The position numbers and the translations under genes were made by a program. From Desulfomicrobium sp. (lineage in GTDB: Bacteria; Desulfobacterota; Desulfovibrionia; Desulfovibrionales; Desulfomicrobiaceae), in NCBI GenBank assembly GCA_040768745.1, contig JAXGMI010000002.1, positions 448,001 to 512,000 on the forward strand: DNA of 64,000 nucleotides, in the 5' to 3' direction. Below, piece by piece: positions 49,543-59,635 of this stretch. The stretch's first letter is position 1, and the number at the start of each line of letters is the position of its first letter. The notes beneath the pieces were generated by a model that had not been told where the DNA came from, did no database searches, and saw only the letters and a program-made list of their open reading frames with translations.

Positions 49543-52343
49543 ATCCGGCCCGAAACAGCGCGCATGAGGAGGATGCAGGGCAAACGGCAACCCTCACCCC
49601 AGGTCAACAAACCCCTGGACGGAAAACCGGCATCGGTATCTCGGCCAGGGTCACCGCCGGGTTGGCGGTGATTGTCATAGCGATGCTGGCAGCCTCGTTG
49701 ATTATCGTGTATACATTTAAAAATGCATCCAGATCCATCAAGACCATCACCTTACGCGACCTCCCCGCCCTGACAGAGACATTCAGCCTTGTTCGCCAGT
49801 CAGAACGCATGAAGGGCATCACGCCGGACCTCATCGCCGCTGAAAACACCTTCATCCGTGAAGCGCTGACCAAGGAATTCCAGGCTGGCGTTCAGCAGTG
49901 GGAAGAGCTGGTTACATCCATTTCCAAACACAGCGGCGATTCGCCACACATCAGCAACTTGATCGAACAGGCCCGCGTTCTGCATGAAAATATAGGAACT
50001 ATTTCAGAAATCATCGATAAACGCATGAAGATTGCTGATCGGATAGTCCTCCTCGATCAACGCATCCGCAGGCTGGGAGAGCGCCTGAATCGCGATTTTT
50101 CGACGGCAGAAAGCATGAATTGGGAGACCGGCCGGAAATATCAACAGTTCATGCAGGCCATGAACAGGGCGTGCATCCTGCTGCTCGTGGTCAACATCGC
50201 AACCAGTCCAGATGAACTCGAACGGCTCGAAATCCGGTTCAATGACGCCTACACAGATATGGAGCTGCGACTCAACGAAATGCCTGAAAACCTGCGGCTC
50301 CGCTTTTCGCCCATCTGCCAGGAATTTCTCCGTTTCGGCCGAGGCGGAGAAAGCCTGTTCGCACTGACCGCGCAAAATCTTATTCTTGACAAACGTATCG
50401 AGGACCAACTGATCGCCAATCAGTTTGCGTCCGACAGAATCATGGACTCCACCAACAACGTCCTGAACGACATCAGAGTCCGCATTGATTCCGAGACGGA
50501 CATCCTGGCCGGTGAGCTTGCTCTGGCCAACAATCTTTCCACGATACTCCCCGCAGTCAGCGTTGTCTGCTCGCTGATGATCATCCTCTACCTTCGGCGC
50601 TCTGTCATCGCACGCATTCTCTATCTGAATCGGACAATGATTGACCACATCAATGGAGGAACCGGTCCGATCAAGGTCGAGGGAAACGACGAGATATCGG
50701 CCATGACCAACGCGACAAACTACTTCATCAACGAAATCACGCAACGGAAGCAGCGCCTCCAGGAAAGTGAAATCAAGTACCGCAATCTGTTCGAAATGGC
50801 CCCGGTGGCCATCTACAGGGTGGACATGAACACCGGGAAAGTGCTCGACAGCAACGGATCCGCGCCAGTGGTCTTCGGGTATGCCGACAAGAAAGCCTTC
50901 TTCCAGTCGTTCTCCCATGCCGCGTGTTTCGTTGACAGCGGCCAGGGCAGGGAGTTCAGAACCCGCATCGCTCAAAACGGCCGGGTGGACGGATTTGAAA
51001 TGCGCACGTTCCGCGCCGACGGCACCTCTCTTCACCTCGTCATCTCCTCCATCGCCTATCCTGAAGGCGGTTATCTGGAATGTGCAGCCATCGACATGAC
51101 GGAAATCATTCAGGCGAGGGAGACCCTGCGTCGCTCCCATGAGGAGCTCGAACGCATCGTGCGAGAGAGGACACACGAGATCAACCAGCAAAACGAACTC
51201 TTGCGCCAGGAAATCAGGGAGCGCAGCGCAGTGGAGGCCGCCCTGCGCGAAAGCGAGGAACGGTTCCGCCTCCTGGCCGAAAATCTGAAGGAGGTCTTGT
51301 GCCTCGTGGAGATGGACTCCGGATCCCTGAGCTATGCCAATCCCGCGTTCGGAAAACTCTTCGGGATGCACGCCGACACCTTCCGCAAGAACCCTTCCCT
51401 GCTGGTGGACCGGATCCACCCCGAAGACCGGACAGCCATCCGTTCCCTTCTTTCGACGCAGTGGGGAACCGAAGCCCTGGAGACGCAGGCCGTCGAATAC
51501 CGTCTGACAACGCCCGAAGGCGAGCTGAAATGGATACTGTCCCGGATCATGCACATCCGCGACGCATCGGGAAAGATAGCCCGGGCAGCCATCATGGCCG
51601 AGGATATAACCGAACGGAAACAAGCAGAAAAAATTATCCGGGATTCAGCTCGACGCCTCAAATACCTGTCCACCAAACTCCTGGAGGCCCAGGAGGAGGA
51701 GCGACGAAATCTGGCCGCCGAGTTGCATGACAACATCGGCCCGTCACTGGGCACAGTGAAATTCGGCGTGGAGAATGTCATCAACGGGCTTGATGATGAG
51801 CGGGAAGAACAGAGAAAAATCCTTCGGACAGTCATAGGGATCGTCAAAAAGGTTGTCCGCCTCATCGGGCGTCTCCAGATGGAACTCCGCCCCTCAATCA
51901 TCGACGACCTCGGCGTGATCGAGGCTCTGGACTGGTATTGCCAAGACTACATGACCGTCTACAGCCAGATCGAGGTCCTGCGCCATATACGGACCAGCGA
52001 GAGCCTCATCCCCGAACGTCTCAAAATAGTCATCTACCGCATCGTTCAGGAAGCCTTCAACAACATTGCCAAACACAGCGGCGCGAACAGGGTTCTCCTC
52101 ACCCTGGAATCTGAAGAGAACATGCTCTCCCTCGTCGTCGAAGACAACGGATGCGGGTTCGATGCCCGTGATGCAGGCACGGGTCGTCGCAAGGGCAGCG
52201 GGCTGGGCTTGGTCAGCATGCGGGAACGCGCCGAACTCTCGGCAGGAAGCTTCAGCCTCACATCCCTTCCCGAACGGGGAACCAGGATCGAATGCCAATG
52301 GGACTGCAGGATGGTGCAGGGCCTGGAAGACAATCCGATCTGA
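49539..52343 (+). CDS. Sensor histidine kinase (periplasmic helical domain, HAMP, 2 PAS, HisKA_3, HATPase)
   Basis: Two TMs, NDEISAM, AAELHD, YRIVQEAFNN, DNGCGF, GLGL. Confidence 0.93.
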   Translation: MNPARNSAHEEDAGQTATLTPGQQTPGRKTGIGISARVTAGLAVIVIAMLAASLIIVYTFKNASRSIKTITLRDLPALTETFSLVRQSERMKGITPDLIAAENTFIREALTKEFQAGVQQWEELVTSISKHSGDSPHISNLIEQARVLHENIGTISEIIDKRMKIADRIVLLDQRIRRLGERLNRDFSTAESMNWETGRKYQQFMQAMNRACILLLVVNIATSPDELERLEIRFNDAYTDMELRLNEMPENLRLRFSPICQEFLRFGRGGESLFALTAQNLILDKRIEDQLIANQFASDRIMDSTNNVLNDIRVRIDSETDILAGELALANNLSTILPAVSVVCSLMIILYLRRSVIARILYLNRTMIDHINGGTGPIKVEGNDEISAMTNATNYFINEITQRKQRLQESEIKYRNLFEMAPVAIYRVDMNTGKVLDSNGSAPVVFGYADKKAFFQSFSHAACFVDSGQGREFRTRIAQNGRVDGFEMRTFRADGTSLHLVISSIAYPEGGYLECAAIDMTEIIQARETLRRSHEELERIVRERTHEINQQNELLRQEIRERSAVEAALRESEERFRLLAENLKEVLCLVEMDSGSLSYANPAFGKLFGMHADTFRKNPSLLVDRIHPEDRTAIRSLLSTQWGTEALETQAVEYRLTTPEGELKWILSRIMHIRDASGKIARAAIMAEDITERKQAEKIIRDSARRLKYLSTKLLEAQEEERRNLAAELHDNIGPSLGTVKFGVENVINGLDDEREEQRKILRTVIGIVKKVVRLIGRLQMELRPSIIDDLGVIEALDWYCQDYMTVYSQIEVLRHIRTSESLIPERLKIVIYRIVQEAFNNIAKHSGANRVLLTLESEENMLSLVVEDNGCGFDARDAGTGRRKGSGLGLVSMRERAELSAGSFSLTSLPERGTRIECQWDCRMVQGLEDNPI

Positions 52344-52677
52344 GACCCCGGCCGGCACGAAGCGAACGGTCCCATGAAGTTCTCCCCTTCTCCAGATCGC
52401 CGCCATTTCGAACCCCACACCTAGGCCATCTGCGGTTCAAATACGTCGCGGGTTCTGATCCGACGAAAAACCCCCAAGCACTCCTCCATCGATTCCAAAC
52501 GCACGCCTGTCACCCAGAACACCCCAGGGCATCAAACAAAAAATAAGGGAAAGTCCCTTTTTCGCCGGGGTGATGACCCCATTTCCTAACTCTCCTTTCA
52601 TGCTAATTTGTCACAAAAGTTACAGATATTGTCTGAAATAACGATGGCGCACTGATCCCAACCAGCAGGAGGTAATC

Positions 52678-54309
52678 GTGAAGATGTTGAAAAAAACAGC
52701 ATTCATCAATGGGAAAATCCGGACCATGGATGCTGCGTGCTCTATCCAGGAAGCAGTTCTCATAGAGCAAGACCGCATTGTTGCGGTTGGCACGACATTG
52801 GAAATCCTCGAATTGGCCGGAGACAGTGCAACCGTAATTGATCTGCGGGGATACGCGCTTTTTCCAGGGTTCATTGACACACACAGCCACCTGTCCATGT
52901 TCTCCCTGTGGAGCGATCAGGTCTATTGCGGGGCTGAGGTAGGCAGCGTGGCAGGCGCTTTGGAGCGGCTGCGTGAACGGGCGGCGCAGTGCAAACCCGG
53001 GGACCTTGTTCTTGGATGGGGTTACGATGACTCCATTCTGGCCGAGAACAGGGGGCCCTCGATTCAGGAGCTGGACGCCATCTCCACGGAACTGCCCATC
53101 GTGGTCGTGCATATTTCGGTACATGCCTGCTATGTGAACAGCAAGGCATTGGCATTGTGCGGCATTGGCCCCCATTCAAAAATCCAAGGCGGCGAAGTCG
53201 TCCTGGATGACAGGGGCAATCCCACGGGCCATCTCCTCGAGATGGCGCATTACGAGGCTCTGGGAAAACTTTGTCCGCCCCCGGACAAAGAGCGCCTCCG
53301 CCATGCCCTCCACTCAGGCATAGCCGCATACAATGCCTATGGACTGACAGGAACCCATGAGGCGGGCATCGGTCTCGGAGGAGTGGATGCGGCGCTCTAC
53401 ACAAGACTTCTGCTGGAGATGGAGCAGGCAGGAGAACTCAATATCCGCACGTACTTGTCGTACATGGGAGAAGCTTTCAAGAAAATCGAGGAGACTGGCA
53501 TCGGGACTGGATTCGGAACCAAACAGGTGCGCATCTCCGGCCCCAAACTCTTCAATGATGGGTCCATCCAGGCGCACACGGCAGCCCTCCTCGCGCCCTA
53601 TCATGATCGCCCTGATTTCCAAGCCGGACTGCTCATGAAAGACGGTGAACTCGACCGCCTTGTGGAACACTACCATCGTGAAGGCTATCAGATCGCCTAT
53701 CACGCCAATGGCGATGCGAGCATTGAAGCCATCATCCAGGCCGTGGAAAAAGCACAGAAGAAGTTCCCCCGTCAGGATCCCAGACACATCGTTGTCCATT
53801 GCCAGCTTGCCTCGGACAAACATCTGGAGCGCATGCACAAGGCCGGCATGATCCCATCGTTTTTCGGATTGCACATCTGGTACTATGGGGACCGTCATTT
53901 CGAGAGATTTCTCGGCCCGGAGCGGGCGTCACGCATGGACCCCTCAGGCAGTGCGGTGCGACTGGGCATGCGGCACAGTCTCCACGCGGACTCGCCGGTC
54001 ATGCCTCCGTGGACAATAAAATCCATCCATACCGCCGTTAACCGGACAACGCGAAACGGCAGAACGCTTGGCGAGGACCAGCGCATAAGTGCTGAAGAAG
54101 CTGTCAGGGCGTACACCAGCCATGCCGCCTACTTCCAGTTCAGAGAAAATCAGGTCGGCAGCATAGAGCCGGGGAAGCTGGCCGATTTCGTGCTTCTTTC
54201 CGACGACATCCTGACGATGGCGCCGCAGAAAATAGAAGACACCAAAGTGCTCATGACCGTACTGGGAGGCCAAACAGTCTACGGTGAAATTCCTGCACGA
54301 AATCAATAA
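52678..54309 (+). CDS. Second YtcJ-like amidohydrolase
   Basis: AGGAGG RBS; PGFIDTHSH, KLFNDGS, HANGD, VVHCQ, GSIEPGKLAD. Confidence 0.92.
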   Translation: MKMLKKTAFINGKIRTMDAACSIQEAVLIEQDRIVAVGTTLEILELAGDSATVIDLRGYALFPGFIDTHSHLSMFSLWSDQVYCGAEVGSVAGALERLRERAAQCKPGDLVLGWGYDDSILAENRGPSIQELDAISTELPIVVVHISVHACYVNSKALALCGIGPHSKIQGGEVVLDDRGNPTGHLLEMAHYEALGKLCPPPDKERLRHALHSGIAAYNAYGLTGTHEAGIGLGGVDAALYTRLLLEMEQAGELNIRTYLSYMGEAFKKIEETGIGTGFGTKQVRISGPKLFNDGSIQAHTAALLAPYHDRPDFQAGLLMKDGELDRLVEHYHREGYQIAYHANGDASIEAIIQAVEKAQKKFPRQDPRHIVVHCQLASDKHLERMHKAGMIPSFFGLHIWYYGDRHFERFLGPERASRMDPSGSAVRLGMRHSLHADSPVMPPWTIKSIHTAVNRTTRNGRTLGEDQRISAEEAVRAYTSHAAYFQFRENQVGSIEPGKLADFVLLSDDILTMAPQKIEDTKVLMTVLGGQTVYGEIPARNQ

Positions 54310-54345
54310 ATTGCAGCCTATATCGCACTGAAACTTGGGGGATTT

Positions 54346-55566
54346 ATGCACGAACAGCGTCTTTTGGAAAGCCTGAACCGCCTGGCGGAATGCACTGACA
54401 CCCCCGGCGCAGGGGTTACCCGTTTTTCCTGGTCCAATGCGGACAGACAAGCCCGTGCATACATAGAAATAGAGCTCAAATCCATTGGTCTTTGCCCCTG
54501 GACGGACGGGATCGGAAACATCCGGGCCCGTATGAAAGGGAAAGAAAACATACCGCCCGTGATCATGGGCTCTCACCTTGACTCTGTGCGCAACGGAGGG
54601 CGTTACGACGGGGCCTATGGCGTTGTTGCCGCCCTGGAAGTCCTGCGGTCATTTCACGACCAGGGATACACTCCACGCATGGATGTGGAACTCATCGCCT
54701 TTGCCGAAGAGGAAGGTTCGAACTTCGGCTCGACCTGCCTTGGCAGCAAGGCCGTCACCGGGCAGGCCAGCGTGGATGACCTCAAGTTGTTGCGCAGCAA
54801 TACCGGACTGAGCGCGTATCAGGTCTTGAAAGGCTTTGGCCTGAATCCAGACACCCTCCCTCAGGAGCAGATCACGCCTTCATCCGCAACCGCCTACCTG
54901 GAAGTACACATCGAGCAAAACGACGTCCTGGAACGGACAGGCCATTCCCTGGGCATAGTCTCGGCCATTTCGGGGATGCGTCTGCATCGGGTCACCTTGC
55001 ATGGGCATTCTGATCATGCGGCCAGTCCCATGCAGGGCCGGCGCGATCCCATGGCCGGATTCGTCGAGGTGGCCCGGGGCATGAGACAGCTGTGGATGAA
55101 GGGAGTGCTACCCGCTGACTTTTCCTGCACCGTGGGCAGCATAGAATGCTCGCCCAATGTGGGGATTGTCATTCCCCATGTGGTCTCATTTACCGTGGAC
55201 ATCCGGCATGTCGATGTCCCCACCCTCGAAGAGGGCTGGCTGCGCATTGCATCGATCATCGACAAGGTTGCGAAGGAAGAGGGACTCGCCGTGGAGATCA
55301 CCCGGCGTTCCGCCAGCGGAGGAGTGCGCATGTCTCCGGCCATAGGTAATGCCTTCCATGCGGCGGCAGTGAAAAACGACGTGCAGCCGCTTTCCATGAC
55401 GAGCGGCCCGGCTCACGATGCCGCACCCATGGGCATGGTGGTGCCTGCCGGAATGCTTTTCGTGCCAAGTATTGGAGGTTTCAGCCATTGTGAACAGGAA
55501 GAAACAAGTTTCGAGCATCTTGTGTTGGGGGCCAAGGTACTCGAAGACACAGTTCGCGCCTTGTAG
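54346..55566 (+). CDS. M20 Zn hydrolase (allantoate amidohydrolase/N-carbamoyl-amino acid hydrolase family)
   Basis: GSHLDSV..GGRYDG, EEEG, EVHIEQ, AHDA, GFSH. Confidence 0.92.
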   Translation: MHEQRLLESLNRLAECTDTPGAGVTRFSWSNADRQARAYIEIELKSIGLCPWTDGIGNIRARMKGKENIPPVIMGSHLDSVRNGGRYDGAYGVVAALEVLRSFHDQGYTPRMDVELIAFAEEEGSNFGSTCLGSKAVTGQASVDDLKLLRSNTGLSAYQVLKGFGLNPDTLPQEQITPSSATAYLEVHIEQNDVLERTGHSLGIVSAISGMRLHRVTLHGHSDHAASPMQGRRDPMAGFVEVARGMRQLWMKGVLPADFSCTVGSIECSPNVGIVIPHVVSFTVDIRHVDVPTLEEGWLRIASIIDKVAKEEGLAVEITRRSASGGVRMSPAIGNAFHAAAVKNDVQPLSMTSGPAHDAAPMGMVVPAGMLFVPSIGGFSHCEQEETSFEHLVLGAKVLEDTVRAL

Positions 55567-55651
55567 TAAAGAAGAGAGGATGCGTTGTCATTGTGAGAAA
55601 AAAAAAGTTCATCTGCACCAAAACAACCAAAAATAAAGTATGGAGTACGTC

Positions 55652-56671
55652 ATGAAAAAATGTATGAGCGTCTGTTTGGTATGCGCCTTTGTGCTCTGCA
55701 TGAGTGTTGGTTTTGCCGCAGCGGCGGGCAAGATTCCCGTCATCGTGGCTTCACCAGTTGACATGGCAACCAAGAGTTATGTGGTGATCACCTGGAACCG
55801 GCTCGCTGAACTCGCCAATAAATATTCGGACAACTCTTTCGAGTTCAAAGTGTTTCCCAGCATGCAGCTCGGCGACGAGCAGGAAACTGTGCGTGGCTTA
55901 CAGCAGGGCACCATCCAGATATCCACACTGGCCACAAACAACTTTGGAGTGTTTGCTCCGTCCTGCGGATGGGTGAACATGCCCTATCTGTTCGATTCCC
56001 TGGACCAGTTCCGCCAGATTGTGGACGCCATGTGGGACCAGCACAATGAATGGGCAATCAAGGAAGCCGGCGCGCGCTGCCTTTCCATCGTCGATATCGG
56101 CTTCCGCCAGCTGACCAGTAACGCCAAGTTTCCCGTGCGCAGCTTGGCGGACGCCAAGGGTATGAAGATCCGCACACCGCAGAACCCGCTTATCGTATCC
56201 ACCTTCAAAGCCCTGGGCCTCAATCCCACGGCGGTGTCCTTTGCCGAAACCTTCAATGCCCTGCAGCAGGGCGTGGTGGATGGGCAGGAATGTGCGTACA
56301 ATCTGACCACAACCCTCAAGTTCTATGAAGCACAGAAGTATGGCACAGACATCAATTACGCCGTGCACAGCGCCAACATCATCGTCAACGAAAAATGGCT
56401 GCAGAGCCTTACTGAGAAGCAGCGCGATGCCCTGATCCGTGCAGGTCGCGAAGCCATGGAATACGAGCGGACACAAGTTGCTGGACTGATGGAGGAAGAC
56501 GTCGTTGTCATGAAGAAGCATGGCATGGAACTGCTCGGCAAGCCCACGGATTATGACGAATGGGTCCGCCTTGGTCGCACCGCTTGGCCCAAATGCTACG
56601 AGGTTATCGGCAATGGTGATGCGGCAAAGGGCAAGGCCATCGTGGACCTCGCCCTGTCCAAGAAGAAATAA
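55652..56671 (+). CDS. TRAP substrate-binding protein DctP (copy 1)
   Basis: PSMQLG, GFRQ, KIRTP, ALQQGVVDGQE. Confidence 0.93.
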   Translation: MKKCMSVCLVCAFVLCMSVGFAAAAGKIPVIVASPVDMATKSYVVITWNRLAELANKYSDNSFEFKVFPSMQLGDEQETVRGLQQGTIQISTLATNNFGVFAPSCGWVNMPYLFDSLDQFRQIVDAMWDQHNEWAIKEAGARCLSIVDIGFRQLTSNAKFPVRSLADAKGMKIRTPQNPLIVSTFKALGLNPTAVSFAETFNALQQGVVDGQECAYNLTTTLKFYEAQKYGTDINYAVHSANIIVNEKWLQSLTEKQRDALIRAGREAMEYERTQVAGLMEEDVVVMKKHGMELLGKPTDYDEWVRLGRTAWPKCYEVIGNGDAAKGKAIVDLALSKKK

Positions 56672-56684
56672 ACTGACTGTTCAA
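56630..56684 (+). repeat. 55-bp exact direct repeat (dctP 3' end and downstream), copy 1
   Basis: GGCAAGGCCATCG...AAGAAATAAACTGACTGTTCAA, identical to 59556-59610. Confidence 0.9.
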
Positions 56685-56708
56685 GGGGAGGCCACGCCTC
56701 CCCTTTTT
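56683..56708 (+). terminator. Hairpin/terminator after dctP1
   Basis: AAGGGGAGGC-CAC-GCCTCCCCTTTTT. Confidence 0.75.
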
Positions 56709-56720
56709 GTGGAGGAACTC

Positions 56721-57230
56721 ATGTCTAAATTTATAACCTGGCTTGATCAATGGGGTGAAGAGTTTTTCGTCTCCATCATGCTGTCATTTCTGATCATACT
56801 GCTCGGTATGGAAGTTGTCAGTCGCTTTATAACCCACCACAGCTTTCCCTGGGTGGAAGAAGTGTGTCGCTACCTGTTCATCTGGTCTTCGTATTTAGGA
56901 GTGGCGATTGCCGTCAAACATAAGGAGCAGATTCGGGTACTTATGATGATGGACTTGATCGACAGACGATTCCCAAAGATTGTCAAAGTATTGTTCGTAA
57001 TTTCCGAACTGGTTTTCGCTGCGTTTTGCATTTTTGTCTTTTACTACAGCATCGGTATGATCCAGAATATGATGCGGTTCAAACAAGTTTCTTCTAGTTT
57101 AGAGATTGACACCATGTATCCCTATCTCATCATTCCCATCAGTATGATTTTAACCGCATTCCGTACGTTACAGTCCCTGCGGCGTGATTTGAAATTCGGC
57201 ACTCTCCACTTCGAAGCCAGGGGGGATTAG
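56721..57230 (+). CDS. TRAP small permease DctQ
   Basis: GGAGG RBS; WVEEVCRYLFIW motif, 4 TMs. Confidence 0.92.
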   Translation: MSKFITWLDQWGEEFFVSIMLSFLIILLGMEVVSRFITHHSFPWVEEVCRYLFIWSSYLGVAIAVKHKEQIRVLMMMDLIDRRFPKIVKVLFVISELVFAAFCIFVFYYSIGMIQNMMRFKQVSSSLEIDTMYPYLIIPISMILTAFRTLQSLRRDLKFGTLHFEARGD

Positions 57231-57232
57231 AC

Positions 57233-58501
57233 ATGGTTCTCGTCATTTCATTTATTGTATTCATGTTTCTGGGCCTCCCACTGTTCGGTGTTATTGGCCT
57301 GGCCACCCTCCTATCTCTGTCCGGAACGCCCTTTCCCATGGAGTTCCTCCCCCAGAATCTCTACACAGGCATGGACCAGTTTCCACTGATCGCCACCATC
57401 GGCTTTGTCATGGCCGGGTTCCTCATGGAACCAGCCGGCATCACCGGTCAGATCATCGAAGTGGCCAAAAAAGCCGTGGGGGGAGTCACTGGGGGTCTGT
57501 TCATGGTGACCATTCTGGCCTGCATGATCTTCGCGGCCCTGAGCGGTTCTGGACCGGCCACCACCGCGGCCATCGGGAGCATTATGATTCCCGGAATGAT
57601 CAGCGCCGGATACCGCAAGGATGATGCCGCGGCTGCATCCGCCACTGGCGGAACCCTTGGCATTCTCATCCCTCCCAGCAACCCCATGATCATCTACGGC
57701 GTCGTGGCCAACTGCTCCATTGCCGGCCTGTTCATGGCGGGATTCGTTCCCGGTTTTGTGCTGACCACGTTCATGTGCATTACATCCTATTTCATCGCAA
57801 AAAAACGCGGCTATGGATCAATGAGCCAGAAGTTTTCCCTGCTGGCGCTGGGAAAGGCCATCTGGGACGGCAAATGGGCCCTCGCCACGCCAGTTATCAT
57901 CCTGGGAGGCATCTATGGTGGGATATTCACACCCACCGAAGCTGCGGAAGTGGGCGTCATCTGGACTTTGATCGTCGGACTCTTGGTCTACCGCAAGCTG
58001 ACCTGGAGGAACATTTCCTCCGCCCTGGTCCGCACCGCCGCCTTTGCCGGCTCCGCCACTGTGCTCGTGGGTGTTTCCATGGCTTTTTCGCGCCTGCTGA
58101 CCCTTTACGAGATCCCGCAGACCGTGGGTGCGTTTCTCGCGTCCATCTCCACAGACCCGACCATCACCCTGCTGCTCATCGCCTTTTTCATCTTCCTGTG
58201 CGGCTTCGTAGCAGACACCCTGGCCATGGTCGTGGTATTGGCTCCTGTGTTCCTGCCCATCACCAACGCCCTGGGCATCCACCCCATCCAGCTGGGCATT
58301 TTGTTTGTGGTCTGCTGCGAAACAGGATTCCTGACCCCGCCTTTTGGCGCGAACCTGTTCATCACCATGAAAATCACGGACGTGACGCTTGAATCTGTGG
58401 CAATGCGGGCCTTGCCCTATTTATTGGTCATTTGGCTGCTCATCTTCATTATTGCTGCATTCCCGCAATTCACCATGTTTCTGCCGAAACTGCTGCTCTG
58501 A
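57233..58501 (+). CDS. TRAP large permease DctM
   Basis: SGSGPA, ILIPPS, FTPTEAA, LTPPFG. Confidence 0.94.
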   Translation: MVLVISFIVFMFLGLPLFGVIGLATLLSLSGTPFPMEFLPQNLYTGMDQFPLIATIGFVMAGFLMEPAGITGQIIEVAKKAVGGVTGGLFMVTILACMIFAALSGSGPATTAAIGSIMIPGMISAGYRKDDAAAASATGGTLGILIPPSNPMIIYGVVANCSIAGLFMAGFVPGFVLTTFMCITSYFIAKKRGYGSMSQKFSLLALGKAIWDGKWALATPVIILGGIYGGIFTPTEAAEVGVIWTLIVGLLVYRKLTWRNISSALVRTAAFAGSATVLVGVSMAFSRLLTLYEIPQTVGAFLASISTDPTITLLLIAFFIFLCGFVADTLAMVVVLAPVFLPITNALGIHPIQLGILFVVCCETGFLTPPFGANLFITMKITDVTLESVAMRALPYLLVIWLLIFIIAAFPQFTMFLPKLLL

Positions 58502-58577
58502 TGAACACTGAAAAATCCGTACAGGCAAAGAGCGTATGTATATGTACACAAATAACCAATTAAGAATGGAGGATTGC

Positions 58578-59597
58578 ATGAAAAAAATTATGAGCGTCTG
58601 CTTGGTATGCGTCTTTGTGCTCTGCATGAGTGTTGGTTTTGCCGCAGCGGCGGGCAAGATTCCTGTCATCGTGGCTTCGTCTGTGGACACAAGCGAGCAG
58701 AACTACATGAACCTCACCTACAACAGGTTCACTGAACTCGCCAACAAGTACTCGAATAACGCATTCGAATTCAAACTGTTTCCCAGCATGCAGCTCGGCG
58801 ACGAGCAGGAGAGCGTGCGCGGCATGCAGCAGGGCACTATCCAAATAGCCATGCTCGCCACCAACAACTTTGCGGTCTTCGCCCCTTCCTGCGGATGGGT
58901 GAACATGCCCTACCTGTTTGATTCCCTGGAACAGTTCCGTCAGCTTGTGGACGCGATGTGGGACCAGCACAACGAATGGGCAATCAAGGAAGGCGGATCG
59001 CGCGCCCTCGCCATTCTCGACATCGGCTTTCGCCAGTTGACCACCAGCGCCAAGTACCCTGTCCGCACCCTTCAGGACGCCAAGGGGATCAAAATCCGCA
59101 CCCCGCAGAATCCCCTCATGGTTTCCACCTTTAAAGCCCTTGGCCTCAATCCCACGGCGGTGTCCTTTGCAGAGACCTTCAACGCCCTGCAGCAGGGTGT
59201 TGTCGATGGACAGGAAGGATGTTTCAATAACGTCGTGACCCTCAAGTTCTACGAGGCCCAGAAGTACGCGACGGAAATCAACTATTCCGTGCACAGCGCC
59301 AACATCATCACCAGTGAAAAATGGCTGCAGGGCCTGACTGACACCCAGCGCAACGCCCTTGTCCGAGCGGGCCGTGAGGCCATGGAATACGAGCGTACCA
59401 AGGTGGCTGGCATGCTCGAAACTGACAACAAGCTGATGAAGGAACACGGTATGGAACTGCTCGGCACGGTCAAAGACATAGACGAGTGGATTCGCCTTGG
59501 CCGCACCGCATGGCCCAAATGCTATGAAGTCATCGGCGGCGGCGATGCGGCAAAAGGCAAGGCCATCGTGGACCTCGCCCTGTCCAAGAAGAAATAA
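58578..59597 (+). CDS. TRAP substrate-binding protein DctP (copy 2)
   Basis: Same length and motifs as copy 1; GGAGG RBS. Confidence 0.93.
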   Translation: MKKIMSVCLVCVFVLCMSVGFAAAAGKIPVIVASSVDTSEQNYMNLTYNRFTELANKYSNNAFEFKLFPSMQLGDEQESVRGMQQGTIQIAMLATNNFAVFAPSCGWVNMPYLFDSLEQFRQLVDAMWDQHNEWAIKEGGSRALAILDIGFRQLTTSAKYPVRTLQDAKGIKIRTPQNPLMVSTFKALGLNPTAVSFAETFNALQQGVVDGQEGCFNNVVTLKFYEAQKYATEINYSVHSANIITSEKWLQGLTDTQRNALVRAGREAMEYERTKVAGMLETDNKLMKEHGMELLGTVKDIDEWIRLGRTAWPKCYEVIGGGDAAKGKAIVDLALSKKK

Positions 59598-59610
59598 ACT
59601 GACTGTTCAA
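59556..59610 (+). repeat. 55-bp exact direct repeat, copy 2
   Basis: Identical to 56630-56684. Confidence 0.9.
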
Positions 59611-59635
59611 AAGGGGAGGCTTGGCCTCCCCTTTT
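59609..59635 (+). terminator. Terminator after dctP2
   Basis: AAAAGGGGAGGC-TTG-GCCTCCCCTTTT. Confidence 0.8.

Noticed and set aside
50004..51623. 539-aa minus-strand ORF
   Set aside because: Antisense shadow of the histidine kinase
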